Source: a virus
Taxonomy: Duplodnaviria > Caudoviricetes
Strand: one strand, 5' to 3'
Length of the DNA: 31,467 nt
IMG/VR virus record: IMGVR_UViG_3300020235_000546
Location: 1 to 31,467 of that record
A program made the position numbers and the translations under genes. The notes beneath the pieces are model-generated. The model had not been told where the DNA came from and searched no databases. It was given only the letters and a program-made list of their open reading frames with translations. Shown in pieces: positions 10,309-18,849 of the stretch. Position 1 is the stretch's first letter. Every line of letters begins with the position of its first letter.

Positions 10309-10656
10309 ATGAAAGTTGATAAAGTAAGCGAGGGTGGAAATTATCTCAAGGCAAAATTTGTAGAGGACCATAGAATCACTGAGTTGCAAATTACAGATGC
10401 AAGAACAATCGAGATAGTTACATTCAAAGGAAAGGACGGAAAACCTGACCAAGATAAGATCCAATGTGAGATTAATTTTAAGGATCAAGGTAAGGAAGAT
10501 CCTAGCGTATGGACTATGAACAACAAATCCCGTAATGCACTAATCGAGGCATGGGGAGGCGACACTGACAAGTGGGTTAACAAAAAGATACCAATAACCC
10601 TAGGTGGTTCAGGCGAAATGCGACACATCCTAGTTGATGGAATGAGAATAGAATAG
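10309..10656 (+). CDS. putative OB-fold ssDNA-binding protein
   Basis: YLKA...WTMNNKSRNALIEAWGGDTDKWVNKKI pattern typical of viral SSB-like proteins; perfect SD GGAGGTGA at 10297-10304; replication context. Confidence 0.55.
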   Translation: MKVDKVSEGGNYLKAKFVEDHRITELQITDARTIEIVTFKGKDGKPDQDKIQCEINFKDQGKEDPSVWTMNNKSRNALIEAWGGDTDKWVNKKIPITLGGSGEMRHILVDGMRIE

Positions 10657-10665
10657 ATAACAACT

Positions 10666-10694
10666 ATTTTATTTCATTTTTCTTTTATTTTTTT
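10666..10694 (+). terminator. archaeal oligo-T terminator
   Basis: T-rich tract just after the stop codon. Confidence 0.6.
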
Positions 10695-10695
10695 A

Positions 10696-11124
10696 GTGAT
10701 AATAAAAAAACAATTAATCAATCTATTTTTGCCTACTACAAAATCAGTCATTAAGGCCAAAAAAGATATTGCCGTTGAATTTTATGCTGACAAATGTAGT
10801 GGATGCTTCAAGGAGTATGGAGAGGGAAAATGGTTTGCCTACCACCACATGGACTATGATCCAGAACGTAAAACTTCCAAGGAGTTTAGGAATACAATAT
10901 TATACAATCGCTACGTCCTGGGAGAAGTGTCCACTTTCCCTGAGAGGTTTGTGCTTGTTTGTAAATCATGCCACAACCGACTTGATAATTACAAGACTGG
11001 TATGGCTTTGGTCCCAAAAGATACTCTGACAAGACTATACATGATAGCATTTCTTTCTAAACCAAAATTAAGAAAGACTCGGACCGGAGGTGAATCCATA
11101 AAGTCCGAATCTACATCTCACTAG
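10696..11124 (+). CDS. HNH-type (Zn-binding) endonuclease; start uncertain (TTG 10729 possible)
   Basis: CxxC...YHH...LVCKSCHNR signature. Confidence 0.7.
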   Translation: MIIKKQLINLFLPTTKSVIKAKKDIAVEFYADKCSGCFKEYGEGKWFAYHHMDYDPERKTSKEFRNTILYNRYVLGEVSTFPERFVLVCKSCHNRLDNYKTGMALVPKDTLTRLYMIAFLSKPKLRKTRTGGESIKSESTSH

Positions 11125-11146
11125 AGTTAGGGCAATAGGAGAGTGA
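11060..11146 (-). ncRNA. candidate antisense sRNA with an anti-SD in a hairpin
   Basis: Minus-strand BRE/TATA (aataactc-TTTTAAG, 11183-11169); stem GAUUCGGAC/GUCCGAGUC fully pairs only on the minus strand (G-U); encloses UUCACCUCC; followed by a U-rich tail. Confidence 0.3.
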
Positions 11147-11233
11147 TGTCATTACTCAATATTTACAGCTTAAAAGAGTTATTAGTTCTATAAATTAACT
11201 AAATCTCTATGATGTTAGGGATCATTTACAAGA

Positions 11234-13291
11234 ATGAATATTATTGAATTTGCCGAGATTTTTGATGATCTTGGTTTCAACTGTTTTCCACTAAAACATC
11301 ATTCCAAGGAGCCTGCCGTACCAAGTTGGAAAGAATATCAAACTGAAAAATATACTGACGGCTTCAAGGAGGGACAAAATATTGCCGTGGTTTGTGGGGA
11401 AATATCAAAACTAATTGTAATTGATCTTGATGACAAGGCACTTGCCGAGATGGTATTTACAAAATGGGGCGACTTGTTACATCATACTTTTGTTGTAGAA
11501 ACCCACAGAGGCTATCACATTTACTGCCGGCCCAAGGACGGAAAATATCCTCCCAATGCAAAACTCCAAGACAACAAGGGACGAGGAATAGACATAAAAT
11601 CAGAGGGAGGATATGTGGTTGCTCCTCCAAGCATACACCCCGACGGAGGGAAATACCGTGTTGTTAGTTTCACAAAAGAAATTTCAGAGTTAGATATTCC
11701 AGGGTTTGTAAATGGACTTAACAAAAGATTTGGTTTTACTGGAGGATTAAAAAAAGCAAAACTAACTGATGTTCAAAAAGGAGGAGTTTCAGAGGGAGGA
11801 CGAAACGACTCTGCTTATGTGATGGCTAGATACCTCCTAAATCCTCTGGAGGGAGGGTATGATGAAATAAAAGCATGGGATGAACTAAAAACTTGGAATG
11901 AGTCGTTAAACCCTCCACTTGAGAGGGAGGAACTAGAAAGAGTCTTTGAATCTGCACACAATATTCCCTTTGAGGATAAGCCATTAGAGTTTGACCGTAA
12001 AAGTTTCAAAAGAAACTATGTTGCACGTCATGTTACCGTAACCTTACATCCTAAAACTCTACGGGAGAATGAGGAAGTTTATGTCTATAAGAATGGCTTG
12101 TACATTGATGGGGGCGAAACTCACATTAAAGAGATGCTTCACCGACTCTACTATGGAATACCTCGGAATGAGGTTAACGAGCTTTTGGCTACTATTAGGG
12201 CTACTACTTACGTTACTAACGAAGATTTTGATACTTACCCTGAACTTATCCACCTCAAAAACTGCATACTAAATGTAAAGAATATGAAAGTGTTTGAGCA
12301 AACACATGATCTACTGACAAGAAACCAAATACAAACTGCCTACCTCCCTGATGCCAAGTGTCCAAAAATATTGAAATTCCTAACTGAGATAATGCCTGAT
12401 GGGAAGGACCTAAAAACTCTCATAGAACTGCTTGCCTCAATTCTGCTGCACAAAATAAAATTAGAGAAAGCCATTATTTTTGTGGGAGATCAAGCCAACG
12501 GAAAATCCACACTGATTGAACTGATGATCTCCATACTTGGAGAACAAAATGTTTCAAATGTATCTCTCCAGCGTTTGTCGAAAAATAATTTTTCAACTTC
12601 CAATATGTTAGGGAAAATCCTTAACGCTTATGGAGATTTGGATATTGAGAGCATTGAGCAAACTGGAATGATCAAGCAGATTATTTCCCATGAGCATATT
12701 ATGGTTGAAAAGAAAAACAAACAAGCATTTTCAACAAAAATTCCTATAAGATTATTGTACTCTGCAAACAAGTTGCCTGAGTTTCCAAATGCTGATCAAG
12801 CTATATTCAGAAGATTTTGGGTTATTCAATTTCCTATTGTCATCCCTCCAGAGAAAAGGGATCTTGAACTTTTGGAAAAACTATCTGAGCCAAGTGAAAA
12901 ATCTGGATTCTTGAACATTCTCCTGGCTAATGCTCAGCAACTAATTAAGACCAAGTTCAAATTTACCCACTATCAACACTTGGAGGAAACAAAATCAATA
13001 TGGATGTCAAAATCAGAATCTATTAGTGCTTTTGTAGAAACAGAGGTTTTGGTAAGACCTGATGGTATGCTAAAAACCACACACATCTATGCAGAATATA
13101 AAAACTGGTGTGTAGAACACACAGAGAAAATAATGTCAGATAGGATGTTCTTTGCAAAACTGGAGGGCTTGGGCCCGTTTACCAAGGGATTCTCAAAAGA
13201 AAATAACAAAACTATCAGAGTTATCAGAGGATTGACTACGAGGAAAATAGTTGAGAAAGAAAATATTGAGAAAGGTCAAAGTGTACTCTAA
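11234..13291 (+). CDS. bifunctional primase-polymerase (Prim-Pol/AEP) fused to PriCT and D5/P4-type SF3 helicase
   Basis: NIAVVCG, VIDLD, GYHIY and GGYVVAPPSIHP prim-pol motifs; GGRND (PriCT); Walker A GDQANGKST; motif C YSAN; RRFWVIQF. Confidence 0.92.
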   Translation: MNIIEFAEIFDDLGFNCFPLKHHSKEPAVPSWKEYQTEKYTDGFKEGQNIAVVCGEISKLIVIDLDDKALAEMVFTKWGDLLHHTFVVETHRGYHIYCRPKDGKYPPNAKLQDNKGRGIDIKSEGGYVVAPPSIHPDGGKYRVVSFTKEISELDIPGFVNGLNKRFGFTGGLKKAKLTDVQKGGVSEGGRNDSAYVMARYLLNPLEGGYDEIKAWDELKTWNESLNPPLEREELERVFESAHNIPFEDKPLEFDRKSFKRNYVARHVTVTLHPKTLRENEEVYVYKNGLYIDGGETHIKEMLHRLYYGIPRNEVNELLATIRATTYVTNEDFDTYPELIHLKNCILNVKNMKVFEQTHDLLTRNQIQTAYLPDAKCPKILKFLTEIMPDGKDLKTLIELLASILLHKIKLEKAIIFVGDQANGKSTLIELMISILGEQNVSNVSLQRLSKNNFSTSNMLGKILNAYGDLDIESIEQTGMIKQIISHEHIMVEKKNKQAFSTKIPIRLLYSANKLPEFPNADQAIFRRFWVIQFPIVIPPEKRDLELLEKLSEPSEKSGFLNILLANAQQLIKTKFKFTHYQHLEETKSIWMSKSESISAFVETEVLVRPDGMLKTTHIYAEYKNWCVEHTEKIMSDRMFFAKLEGLGPFTKGFSKENNKTIRVIRGLTTRKIVEKENIEKGQSVL

Positions 13292-13374
13292 TGGGATCGT
13301 GTACTAAATGCAAACAATACGTTCATCATACACAGAAAAAATGTCTTAATTGTGGGAAAGAAAATGTCATTTAG
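13291..13374 (+). CDS. 27-aa Zn-ribbon microprotein
   Basis: MGSCTKCKQYVHHTQKKCLNCGKENVI*; TAATG-coupled to primase; absent from the ORF track. Confidence 0.55.
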   Translation: MGSCTKCKQYVHHTQKKCLNCGKENVI

Positions 13375-13507
13375 GTCCTACCACTGTAATAATTGTCAAA
13401 GGAGTTATGATAATTGGATTGACTGGTGTGACCACTTGTTGAACCGTCACAAAATAAAAATAATAAAAAATGAAAATGGAAAGTGGGTAAAAACACTACT
13501 TGCCTAG
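13364..13507 (+). CDS. 47-aa C2H2 zinc-finger protein
   Basis: YHCNNCQRSYDNWIDWCDHLLNRH = C-x2-C-x12-H-x4-H; absent from the ORF track. Confidence 0.7.
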   Translation: MSFRSYHCNNCQRSYDNWIDWCDHLLNRHKIKIIKNENGKWVKTLLA

Positions 13508-13637
13508 TTTTCACTTAGTTTTTCAATATGTGGTTTGTAAAATCTAATAACCTCATATTGATATTCACTCGATTCGGTTTTACGACTCATAATGTAGTTT
13601 GAAAAAATAACTATAAAAAATGGATAAAGGGGGACGG

Positions 13638-13835
13638 TTAAGTGGGACGGTTAAATCCCGTAACTTTACACCAAGAGTCAACTATGAAAAACTCTCTGAA
13701 AAGAGTGTCGCATTTTGTACAAGTTATATCTTGGTAAAGGCCCATTTCCCCGTGGTTTGCTATATCCCCGTACTCAAAGTCGTCGCCATTACACTCTGGA
13801 CAGTTAGCTGGTAGATATTTTGTTTTCTCAGCCAT
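13638..13835 (-). CDS. Zn-ribbon protein
   Basis: MAEKTKYLPANCPEC...CTKC; ATG 13835 overlaps the upstream TAA. Confidence 0.7.
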   Translation of the reverse strand: MAEKTKYLPANCPECNGDDFEYGDIANHGEMGLYQDITCTKCDTLFREFFIVDSWCKVTGFNRPT

Positions 13836-13963
13836 TAGTTGCAGTCTCCACAATAGCCGTCATCATTGGAGCAGTCAACTTTAATTTCCTTGCATCCTCG
13901 ACACCAAGCTCGATGAGTACCATGAGCTATGTCATAGTCCTCATCGTTTGGATTAGAGCTCAA
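13835..13963 (-). CDS. 42-aa Cys-rich microprotein (TTG start)
   Basis: (M)SSNPNDEDYDIAHGTHRAWCRGCKEIKVDCSNDDGYCGDCN*; GAGGAG SD; fills the gap exactly. Confidence 0.55.
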   Translation of the reverse strand: MSSNPNDEDYDIAHGTHRAWCRGCKEIKVDCSNDDGYCGDCN

Positions 13964-14450
13964 TGGTCATCTCCTCGACTCTCTTGCGTCGGAAAACTGC
14001 GTCGCCATTTGGTTTAAAGTCGAATCTCTGACCATACCCTAGGGTATTTTGACAAGTTTGTCTAGCATCTTGCCACATATCGGGTTCATCTGAGCCGTCA
14101 CTTGAGACTATAATATCTGTCGTGAATCTCTTTTTGGCAATAATCAAGGCAATACACACAACCACATCGTAGGGTTTTCTTGCAGTCTTGCAAAAACTGA
14201 AAATCTTATCCTTTCTTTTTTGGATAAAACCCTCATCTGTGTCAACTTTTTTCTCAAAGAAAAAAGTCTCATGTGCATTTTTTCCAATGCCATTGAAGTA
14301 TAGACTTGACTCTAGGGTTTTGTCATAATCTGTTATGATTGACTCAAGGCCTGGATTATCGTCCAAGACTTTTTTAAAGTCATTCAAGAACTGTTTAAAA
14401 TCCCAACAAGTCAATGTTGGAATTTTATACCAGTAATGCGTGTAACCCAT
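13953..14450 (-). CDS. conserved viral 'MGYTHYW...HETF...FCKTARKPYD...SSDG' family protein
   Basis: Motif series recognised from phage early-region hypotheticals; GGAGGT SD before ATG 14450. Confidence 0.75.
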   Translation of the reverse strand: MGYTHYWYKIPTLTCWDFKQFLNDFKKVLDDNPGLESIITDYDKTLESSLYFNGIGKNAHETFFFEKKVDTDEGFIQKRKDKIFSFCKTARKPYDVVVCIALIIAKKRFTTDIIVSSDGSDEPDMWQDARQTCQNTLGYGQRFDFKPNGDAVFRRKRVEEMTIEL

Positions 14451-15052
14451 TAGGCTATTACCTCCGTTATCTCTTGCCATTCATCCATTTTGAACTCTTG
14501 ATAAATTCCGTTTTCCTCTGGATCTCCAATAAACCCACTACACGAATCTATTGTTTCAGTATGCTCATGCTCCAAGTCACAGTTGAGAATCTTAGAATGG
14601 ATATATCCATAGACATTACCTCTTAGATAATCATCATAGGTTTTTACCTCATTTTTCAGATAGCCCGTGACTCTTTCTATGAGTTTGCTGCTAATCCTCT
14701 CAACAGAGTATTCCTCCATGAGTTTCTTTTTTGTGGCATAGATAACACCCACGCATCCAGAATCCCATTGATCGTCATATGGATAAACTCTATCTCCACA
14801 TGACATGGTTATTCCACTGTGATCATACAACCATAATGGTAACTGAATGGCAATATCATCTTGCGTCATATCATTTTTGTCTAAATATTCTTGGAATGAA
14901 CAGTCTATTTGTTCATCCCCTAGTGAATATTGACTATGAGAGCATACCATAACCCCAAGGTTATCGTACTCTCTAGGCGACTCTGGATTTTCATCAAAAA
15001 ATATCTCCAGTTTTTCGTCGCCTTTTTTGAACGTTTGAAATATGTTCATCAT
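14450..15052 (-). CDS. conserved acidic 'PRE.DNLG...LYDHSG...WDSG...GNVYGY' family protein
   Basis: Motif series seen in phage/ICE early-region hypotheticals; ATGA overlap at 15049-15052. Confidence 0.75.
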   Translation of the reverse strand: MMNIFQTFKKGDEKLEIFFDENPESPREYDNLGVMVCSHSQYSLGDEQIDCSFQEYLDKNDMTQDDIAIQLPLWLYDHSGITMSCGDRVYPYDDQWDSGCVGVIYATKKKLMEEYSVERISSKLIERVTGYLKNEVKTYDDYLRGNVYGYIHSKILNCDLEHEHTETIDSCSGFIGDPEENGIYQEFKMDEWQEITEVIA

Positions 15053-15216
15053 AATATTTTCCATGTTTTAAATTCTGCTTGAGCTTCCATATCCTCATGG
15101 CATTTGTGACAACAAAAACGAACTGTGATCCAATGCTCCCCCCATTCGTGATCTATTTGCTCAATGTCATCTGATCCACAGTGTACACATTTATCTGGAT
15201 AGCCGTTATCAGTCAA
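15049..15216 (-). CDS. 55-aa Zn-ribbon protein (TTG start), similar to 13638-13835
   Basis: (M)TDNGYPDKCVHCGSDDIE...FCCHKC...; coupled at both ends; absent from the ORF track. Confidence 0.6.
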   Translation of the reverse strand: MTDNGYPDKCVHCGSDDIEQIDHEWGEHWITVRFCCHKCHEDMEAQAEFKTWKIL

Positions 15217-15407
15217 TCTTTTTTCCAGTTTTTTCTACAATTTGTTTCAAAATCATAATCATAATAAAAAACATCCATGTTGTAACCCTCAACAAACATA
15301 AAATCAATTATTGACTCAAGAGTCGCATCTTGCATTGACTCAAAAAGAAAATCCTCCAATGCGTCGCTTGTTAATTCCATTTCTGTAAATGGCACAGAAA
15401 TATACAT
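15213..15407 (-). CDS. highly acidic 64-aa protein
   Basis: 15 D/E versus 4 K/R; coupled to neighbours. Confidence 0.65.
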   Translation of the reverse strand: MYISVPFTEMELTSDALEDFLFESMQDATLESIIDFMFVEGYNMDVFYYDYDFETNCRKNWKKD

Positions 15408-15619
15408 TATTTTTGGCTCCTCATGTGCATTTCAAAATGTTGCTCCAATGGTTGAAAACCTAAAACTGGAGTAAATTTTTCGAGGCATTTTTCACATTCT
15501 ACTTGACTGTCATTGATCCAACAAAAAGAATCTTGGATAATTTCAGTTTCAAAGCAGTCACATTTGACTCCTTTTGGAGAGTCACATGAAACACATGACT
15601 CTTTTGTATTTTCTTTCAT
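15407..15619 (-). CDS. Cys/His-rich protein with C-terminal C2H2-like finger
   Basis: CVSC...CDC...CEKC...HFEMH; AT-rich promoter-like region upstream. Confidence 0.65.
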   Translation of the reverse strand: MKENTKESCVSCDSPKGVKCDCFETEIIQDSFCWINDSQVECEKCLEKFTPVLGFQPLEQHFEMHMRSQK

Positions 15620-15720
15620 AGTTAGAATTAGTTAATACTTTGTTAATAACTTATCTAAATAATAAGAGTTAGGCATAGAAAAATATTATAGAATGGTAAA
15701 AGAGGGTAAAAATACCCTCC

Positions 15721-15921
15721 CTATTTGGATCTCTTTCTAAGATTTTTGCCATTCCAATAAGCTCTAACTGCTTTAGCTGAGCATTTATCGAAAATGCTGC
15801 TTGGAGGCATTTTTTCATCTGGACATGACATCGTGACATCGCATGGTATTTTTTTGCAAATTGTGTATTTTTCATCAAAAAGCACAAAGTCATCAGAATT
15901 TGGCCTATTTTGGGTTTTCAT
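15721..15921 (-). CDS. small hypothetical protein
   Basis: 66 aa; ATGA-coupled to the upstream micro-ORF. Confidence 0.55.
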   Translation of the reverse strand: MKTQNRPNSDDFVLFDEKYTICKKIPCDVTMSCPDEKMPPSSIFDKCSAKAVRAYWNGKNLRKRSK

Positions 15922-16067
15922 ACTGTATGGAGTCTTTTCTCAAAATTACAAAAACCACAGTGAGAATACCAAACTGATCCAAGTTGTTTTTCATAACATC
16001 CCTTTTCAAAGCTTGTATATTTATCCCAGATCATTTTATGGCATTTTTCACAATACACACTAGACAT
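15918..16067 (-). CDS. 49-aa Zn-ribbon microprotein
   Basis: MSSVYCEKC...HCGFC...; fills the gap with overlaps; absent from the ORF track. Confidence 0.6.
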   Translation of the reverse strand: MSSVYCEKCHKMIWDKYTSFEKGCYEKQLGSVWYSHCGFCNFEKRLHTV

Positions 16068-16353
16068 TTTTTGGAGCCTCCAAAATTTCAGATTCTAAAA
16101 CCTTAATACATTCCCATTTTGGAGGATCAGCCCAGCCAAAACTCACATTTTCCCAGTTTTTATCATGTGTCTTATGATGCTTATTCCATTCATCACAAAA
16201 TTCAATCAATTTTTGACATATCCCACATTGATAAATCATTGATTTTCTACCGTTTGAAAATGTAAAACCTCCCACTATTCCGTCAGTGGGTTTAGTTTCC
16301 CATTTTTTTCCGTCTTTGGATGACTTGGTATTGAATGGTTTGTTTAGATTCAT
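16060..16353 (-). CDS. C2H2-like zinc-finger protein
   Basis: YQCGICQKLIEFCDEWNKHHKTH. Confidence 0.7.
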   Translation of the reverse strand: MNLNKPFNTKSSKDGKKWETKPTDGIVGGFTFSNGRKSMIYQCGICQKLIEFCDEWNKHHKTHDKNWENVSFGWADPPKWECIKVLESEILEAPKNV

Positions 16354-16757
16354 TTCTTAAAAATCGCTGGATCTAAGTTGTATTTTCCATTTTTACCACA
16401 GATTGAACAAGCGTTATCAGTCCATGACCACATTTTGCCATGAATACAAACTGGTAGTATATTTTTCAATGACTCATCATTCGTATATTCTAGCTTGTAC
16501 CATAGAGTTTCACGGTTTTCTTGTATGTTTGGTAAAATATGCTCCAAGCATGATCCAAGTTTGTATTTTTCGTTGACCATGAAATAAGAGCCCATTTTTT
16601 GGCACTCCTCACACTCCAGATTTTCATCCCATTTTTCAAGGCTCCATAAAACCCCGTTTTCTCCGTCGTCAGAATACCACACTTTAAAAGATTGATGATT
16701 TTCATCAGATTTTGTGTTTTCTGTTTTGCCAGTTTTATAAAATTCTGTATTTTCCAT
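16350..16757 (-). CDS. Cys-rich hypothetical protein
   Basis: MENTEF... with CEEC, CLEH, CIH and CSIC; ATG start preferred over the track's longer start. Confidence 0.65.
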   Translation of the reverse strand: MENTEFYKTGKTENTKSDENHQSFKVWYSDDGENGVLWSLEKWDENLECEECQKMGSYFMVNEKYKLGSCLEHILPNIQENRETLWYKLEYTNDESLKNILPVCIHGKMWSWTDNACSICGKNGKYNLDPAIFKK

Positions 16758-16759
16758 GA

Positions 16760-16888
16760 TTATTTCCAAACACAGAGATACAACTTGACAAACAAGAAAT
16801 AACAAAACATAGAATTGTTTTGTATTTCTAATCCGTAATGATCAGATTTTCCAACTAAAACAGTATGACGTTTTATCCTTAGTTTCAT
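16760..16888 (-). CDS. 42-aa hypothetical micro-ORF
   Basis: MKLRIKRH...LYLCVWK*; ATGA overlap with the upstream gene. Confidence 0.45.
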   Translation of the reverse strand: MKLRIKRHTVLVGKSDHYGLEIQNNSMFCYFLFVKLYLCVWK

Positions 16889-17142
16889 AATGCTAAAGAC
16901 TCACTAAAACTATTTTTTGGATAGAGTCTATAATTATCATTCAAGTTGACAATATTTTTAGGATTGAAAACTTGGATAAAATTATCTATCTGACGGTTTG
17001 ATGTTGGACTGCATCCTCTGATCATCTGCAATAATCCCGATTTAGTGTTAAATCGGATTATATCAACTTTATAGTGCTTGATATAGATTATTTCTTTCTC
17101 TGATCTTAGAGTCGCCATTTTAACCAGTTTTAACTCAGTCAA
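16885..17142 (-). CDS. hypothetical protein
   Basis: 85 aa; coupled operon member. Confidence 0.65.
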   Translation of the reverse strand: MTELKLVKMATLRSEKEIIYIKHYKVDIIRFNTKSGLLQMIRGCSPTSNRQIDNFIQVFNPKNIVNLNDNYRLYPKNSFSESLAL

Positions 17143-17597
17143 TTTTTAAAATCCTCAACTAAGGCGTAAAACTCTTTTCTAGTTCTTGGAATTTGACAAA
17201 ACTCTGCCATTTTCTTACTCACTTGTTTTTTACAAGTTATGCAAGTATAGACAAATTTCCCGTCTAAATCCGTACTCTCTCTAATGTGTGACATTTCCCT
17301 TTTTTCATCATCTTTGAATGAATGAAGATTAAATGTGTCCATGTGCAAACAGTTTTTAACAAAGTCGATTTTGTTTCTTTTCTCACTTGATCGTACACTT
17401 AGCAGAGTTTGTAATTGATAATATAATTCTGCTTTTGTGTTTCCCATGCTAACGGATGAAATTCCTGTGGTTTGCATACTGCATTTCTCTAAATTCATGC
17501 GTCCATAACTGGAGCCTATTTGATAACGGCATTTTGAACCGTCATTTAATGCCTCTAGTTGATATTGGAGCATTTTTTCCGTTACTCTAAAAGTCAT
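17139..17597 (-). CDS. hypothetical protein with C-terminal Zn-binding motif
   Basis: 152 aa; GGAGG SD; CLH...CITC. Confidence 0.7.
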   Translation of the reverse strand: MTFRVTEKMLQYQLEALNDGSKCRYQIGSSYGRMNLEKCSMQTTGISSVSMGNTKAELYYQLQTLLSVRSSEKRNKIDFVKNCLHMDTFNLHSFKDDEKREMSHIRESTDLDGKFVYTCITCKKQVSKKMAEFCQIPRTRKEFYALVEDFKN

Positions 17598-17920
17598 TGT
17601 TCGTAATCCTCCAATGGGAATAAATGATCTGTACTCTCAAAGGCATCTAAGACTTTCTTAAACTCCTTGAGTTTTTGCATCGTTTCCATCAGTGATGAAT
17701 AGTCATCCATTCTATAATCTTGGAGTAAATAATCCATGTTTGACTCTGCATCCATAAAATAATCTGTCTTTTCTGTTTGGTTATTTATTGTGGATATGTC
17801 ACTAATTTCTGCTTGGATGATTTGCACGTTTTCCAATGAATGTCTAAATTGTGCCTCTAATTCATTCATAATTTTCTCTAAGTTCTCAACTTTGGGAATT
17901 TCTGATCTTACAAAAGACAT
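17594..17920 (-). CDS. acidic helical protein
   Basis: MSFVRSEIP...; AGGAG SD; TAATG-coupled. Confidence 0.7.
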   Translation of the reverse strand: MSFVRSEIPKVENLEKIMNELEAQFRHSLENVQIIQAEISDISTINNQTEKTDYFMDAESNMDYLLQDYRMDDYSSLMETMQKLKEFKKVLDAFESTDHLFPLEDYEQ

Positions 17921-18141
17921 TAGTTTGTGATCTCCTTGGCTTTGATGATGTCTAAGGCTTTGTCGCAAACTCTCATTCTAAATACATCATCCTCAAATGC
18001 GTTTGCATCCGTACCGATAAAGGTTAATGACTGCATGACTTGAGGGTTTGTAATTAACTGAGATATTTCATCCTCTGTTAAGCATCCACTACAAGTCTCG
18101 TCATTTAAGAAATACAAGACTTGATAGGTTTTGAGAGTCAT
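17920..18141 (-). CDS. hypothetical protein
   Basis: 73 aa; GGAGGAG SD. Confidence 0.65.
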   Translation of the reverse strand: MTLKTYQVLYFLNDETCSGCLTEDEISQLITNPQVMQSLTFIGTDANAFEDDVFRMRVCDKALDIIKAKEITN

Positions 18142-18350
18142 TTTAAATTAACTCCTCCATGTCTAATTTTAAATCCTACTTCATTGTTCATACGAATTAA
18201 AAAGCCGTATTTACAATTAATAGATTCTTTCTGTATTATGGGTACAGATTTTCCTTTGTTGCTAATGATTTGCATTAGTTCTTTACGTGAATTACCTTTG
18301 AATATCACGTTTGAATTATTGCTTATCATCTGCATTAATGTGCTTTTCAT
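18138..18350 (-). CDS. basic 70-aa protein, first gene of the leftward operon
   Basis: Internal repeat LMQMISN/LMQIISN; ATGA overlap downstream. Confidence 0.55.
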   Translation of the reverse strand: MKSTLMQMISNNSNVIFKGNSRKELMQIISNKGKSVPIIQKESINCKYGFLIRMNNEVGFKIRHGGVNLK

Positions 18351-18403
18351 TAACTTAGATTAGGCTATTACTTATTAATTAACTTAATGGATGATTAAGA
18401 TAT

Positions 18404-18526
18404 TAACTCAATAGTCACGCCTTATACCTTGCATCTATCAAACTATTTTATTATATAGTGTATGATGACGCTTAATTCATTCTATGGAGTCTTTGATGTA
18501 TTCAATTAAGCGTGACTATTGAGTTA
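18404..18526. repeat. perfect 17-bp inverted repeat with a nested alternative 10-bp inverted repeat
   Basis: taactcaatagtcacgc (18404-18420)/gcgtgactattgagtta (18510-18526); acgcttaatt (18468-18477)/aattaagcgt (18504-18513). Confidence 0.9.
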
Positions 18527-18718
18527 TTATGTTATCTAATTGATTATTATGGCGTACCCTCCCTAATTCATCCCATTGGTTAAGTCAATAGTTTGATAAG
18601 GTTAAGACTGCCTTTTTTTCAGAGCGTGATCAAAAGTAAAACAGATTCACAAACTTGGAAACAAACACGCCAAGCACAAAACAAACTGAAAACCTAAAAG
18701 CAAAGTGTAGTGACTGGG

Positions 18719-18849
18719 CCTGGGCCCAGGAGCCCAAGATGAGCCCCGTTGCCCGATTGAATACCCATATCATGCCCCGTTGCCCGAACGGAGCCCATTC
18801 TTCAAAGTTGAGGCTCCAAGCGTCAAAACCTAGCCAGGGTACGCACCCT
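18719..18849. repeat. GC-rich island: 12-bp palindrome, 14-bp direct repeat, phased CCC motifs
   Basis: cctgggcccagg 18719-18730; gccccgttgcccga at 18743 and 18774; agggt-acgc-accct 18836-18849. Confidence 0.85.

Noticed and set aside
13631-13654. gggacggttaa tandem duplicate
   Set aside because: Short local duplication at a stop codon/terminator; no further support as att or iteron.
14449-18371. Identical 13-mer attaggctattac at 14449 and 18359
   Set aside because: Matches of this length can arise by chance in 31 kb of AT-rich DNA; only two copies.
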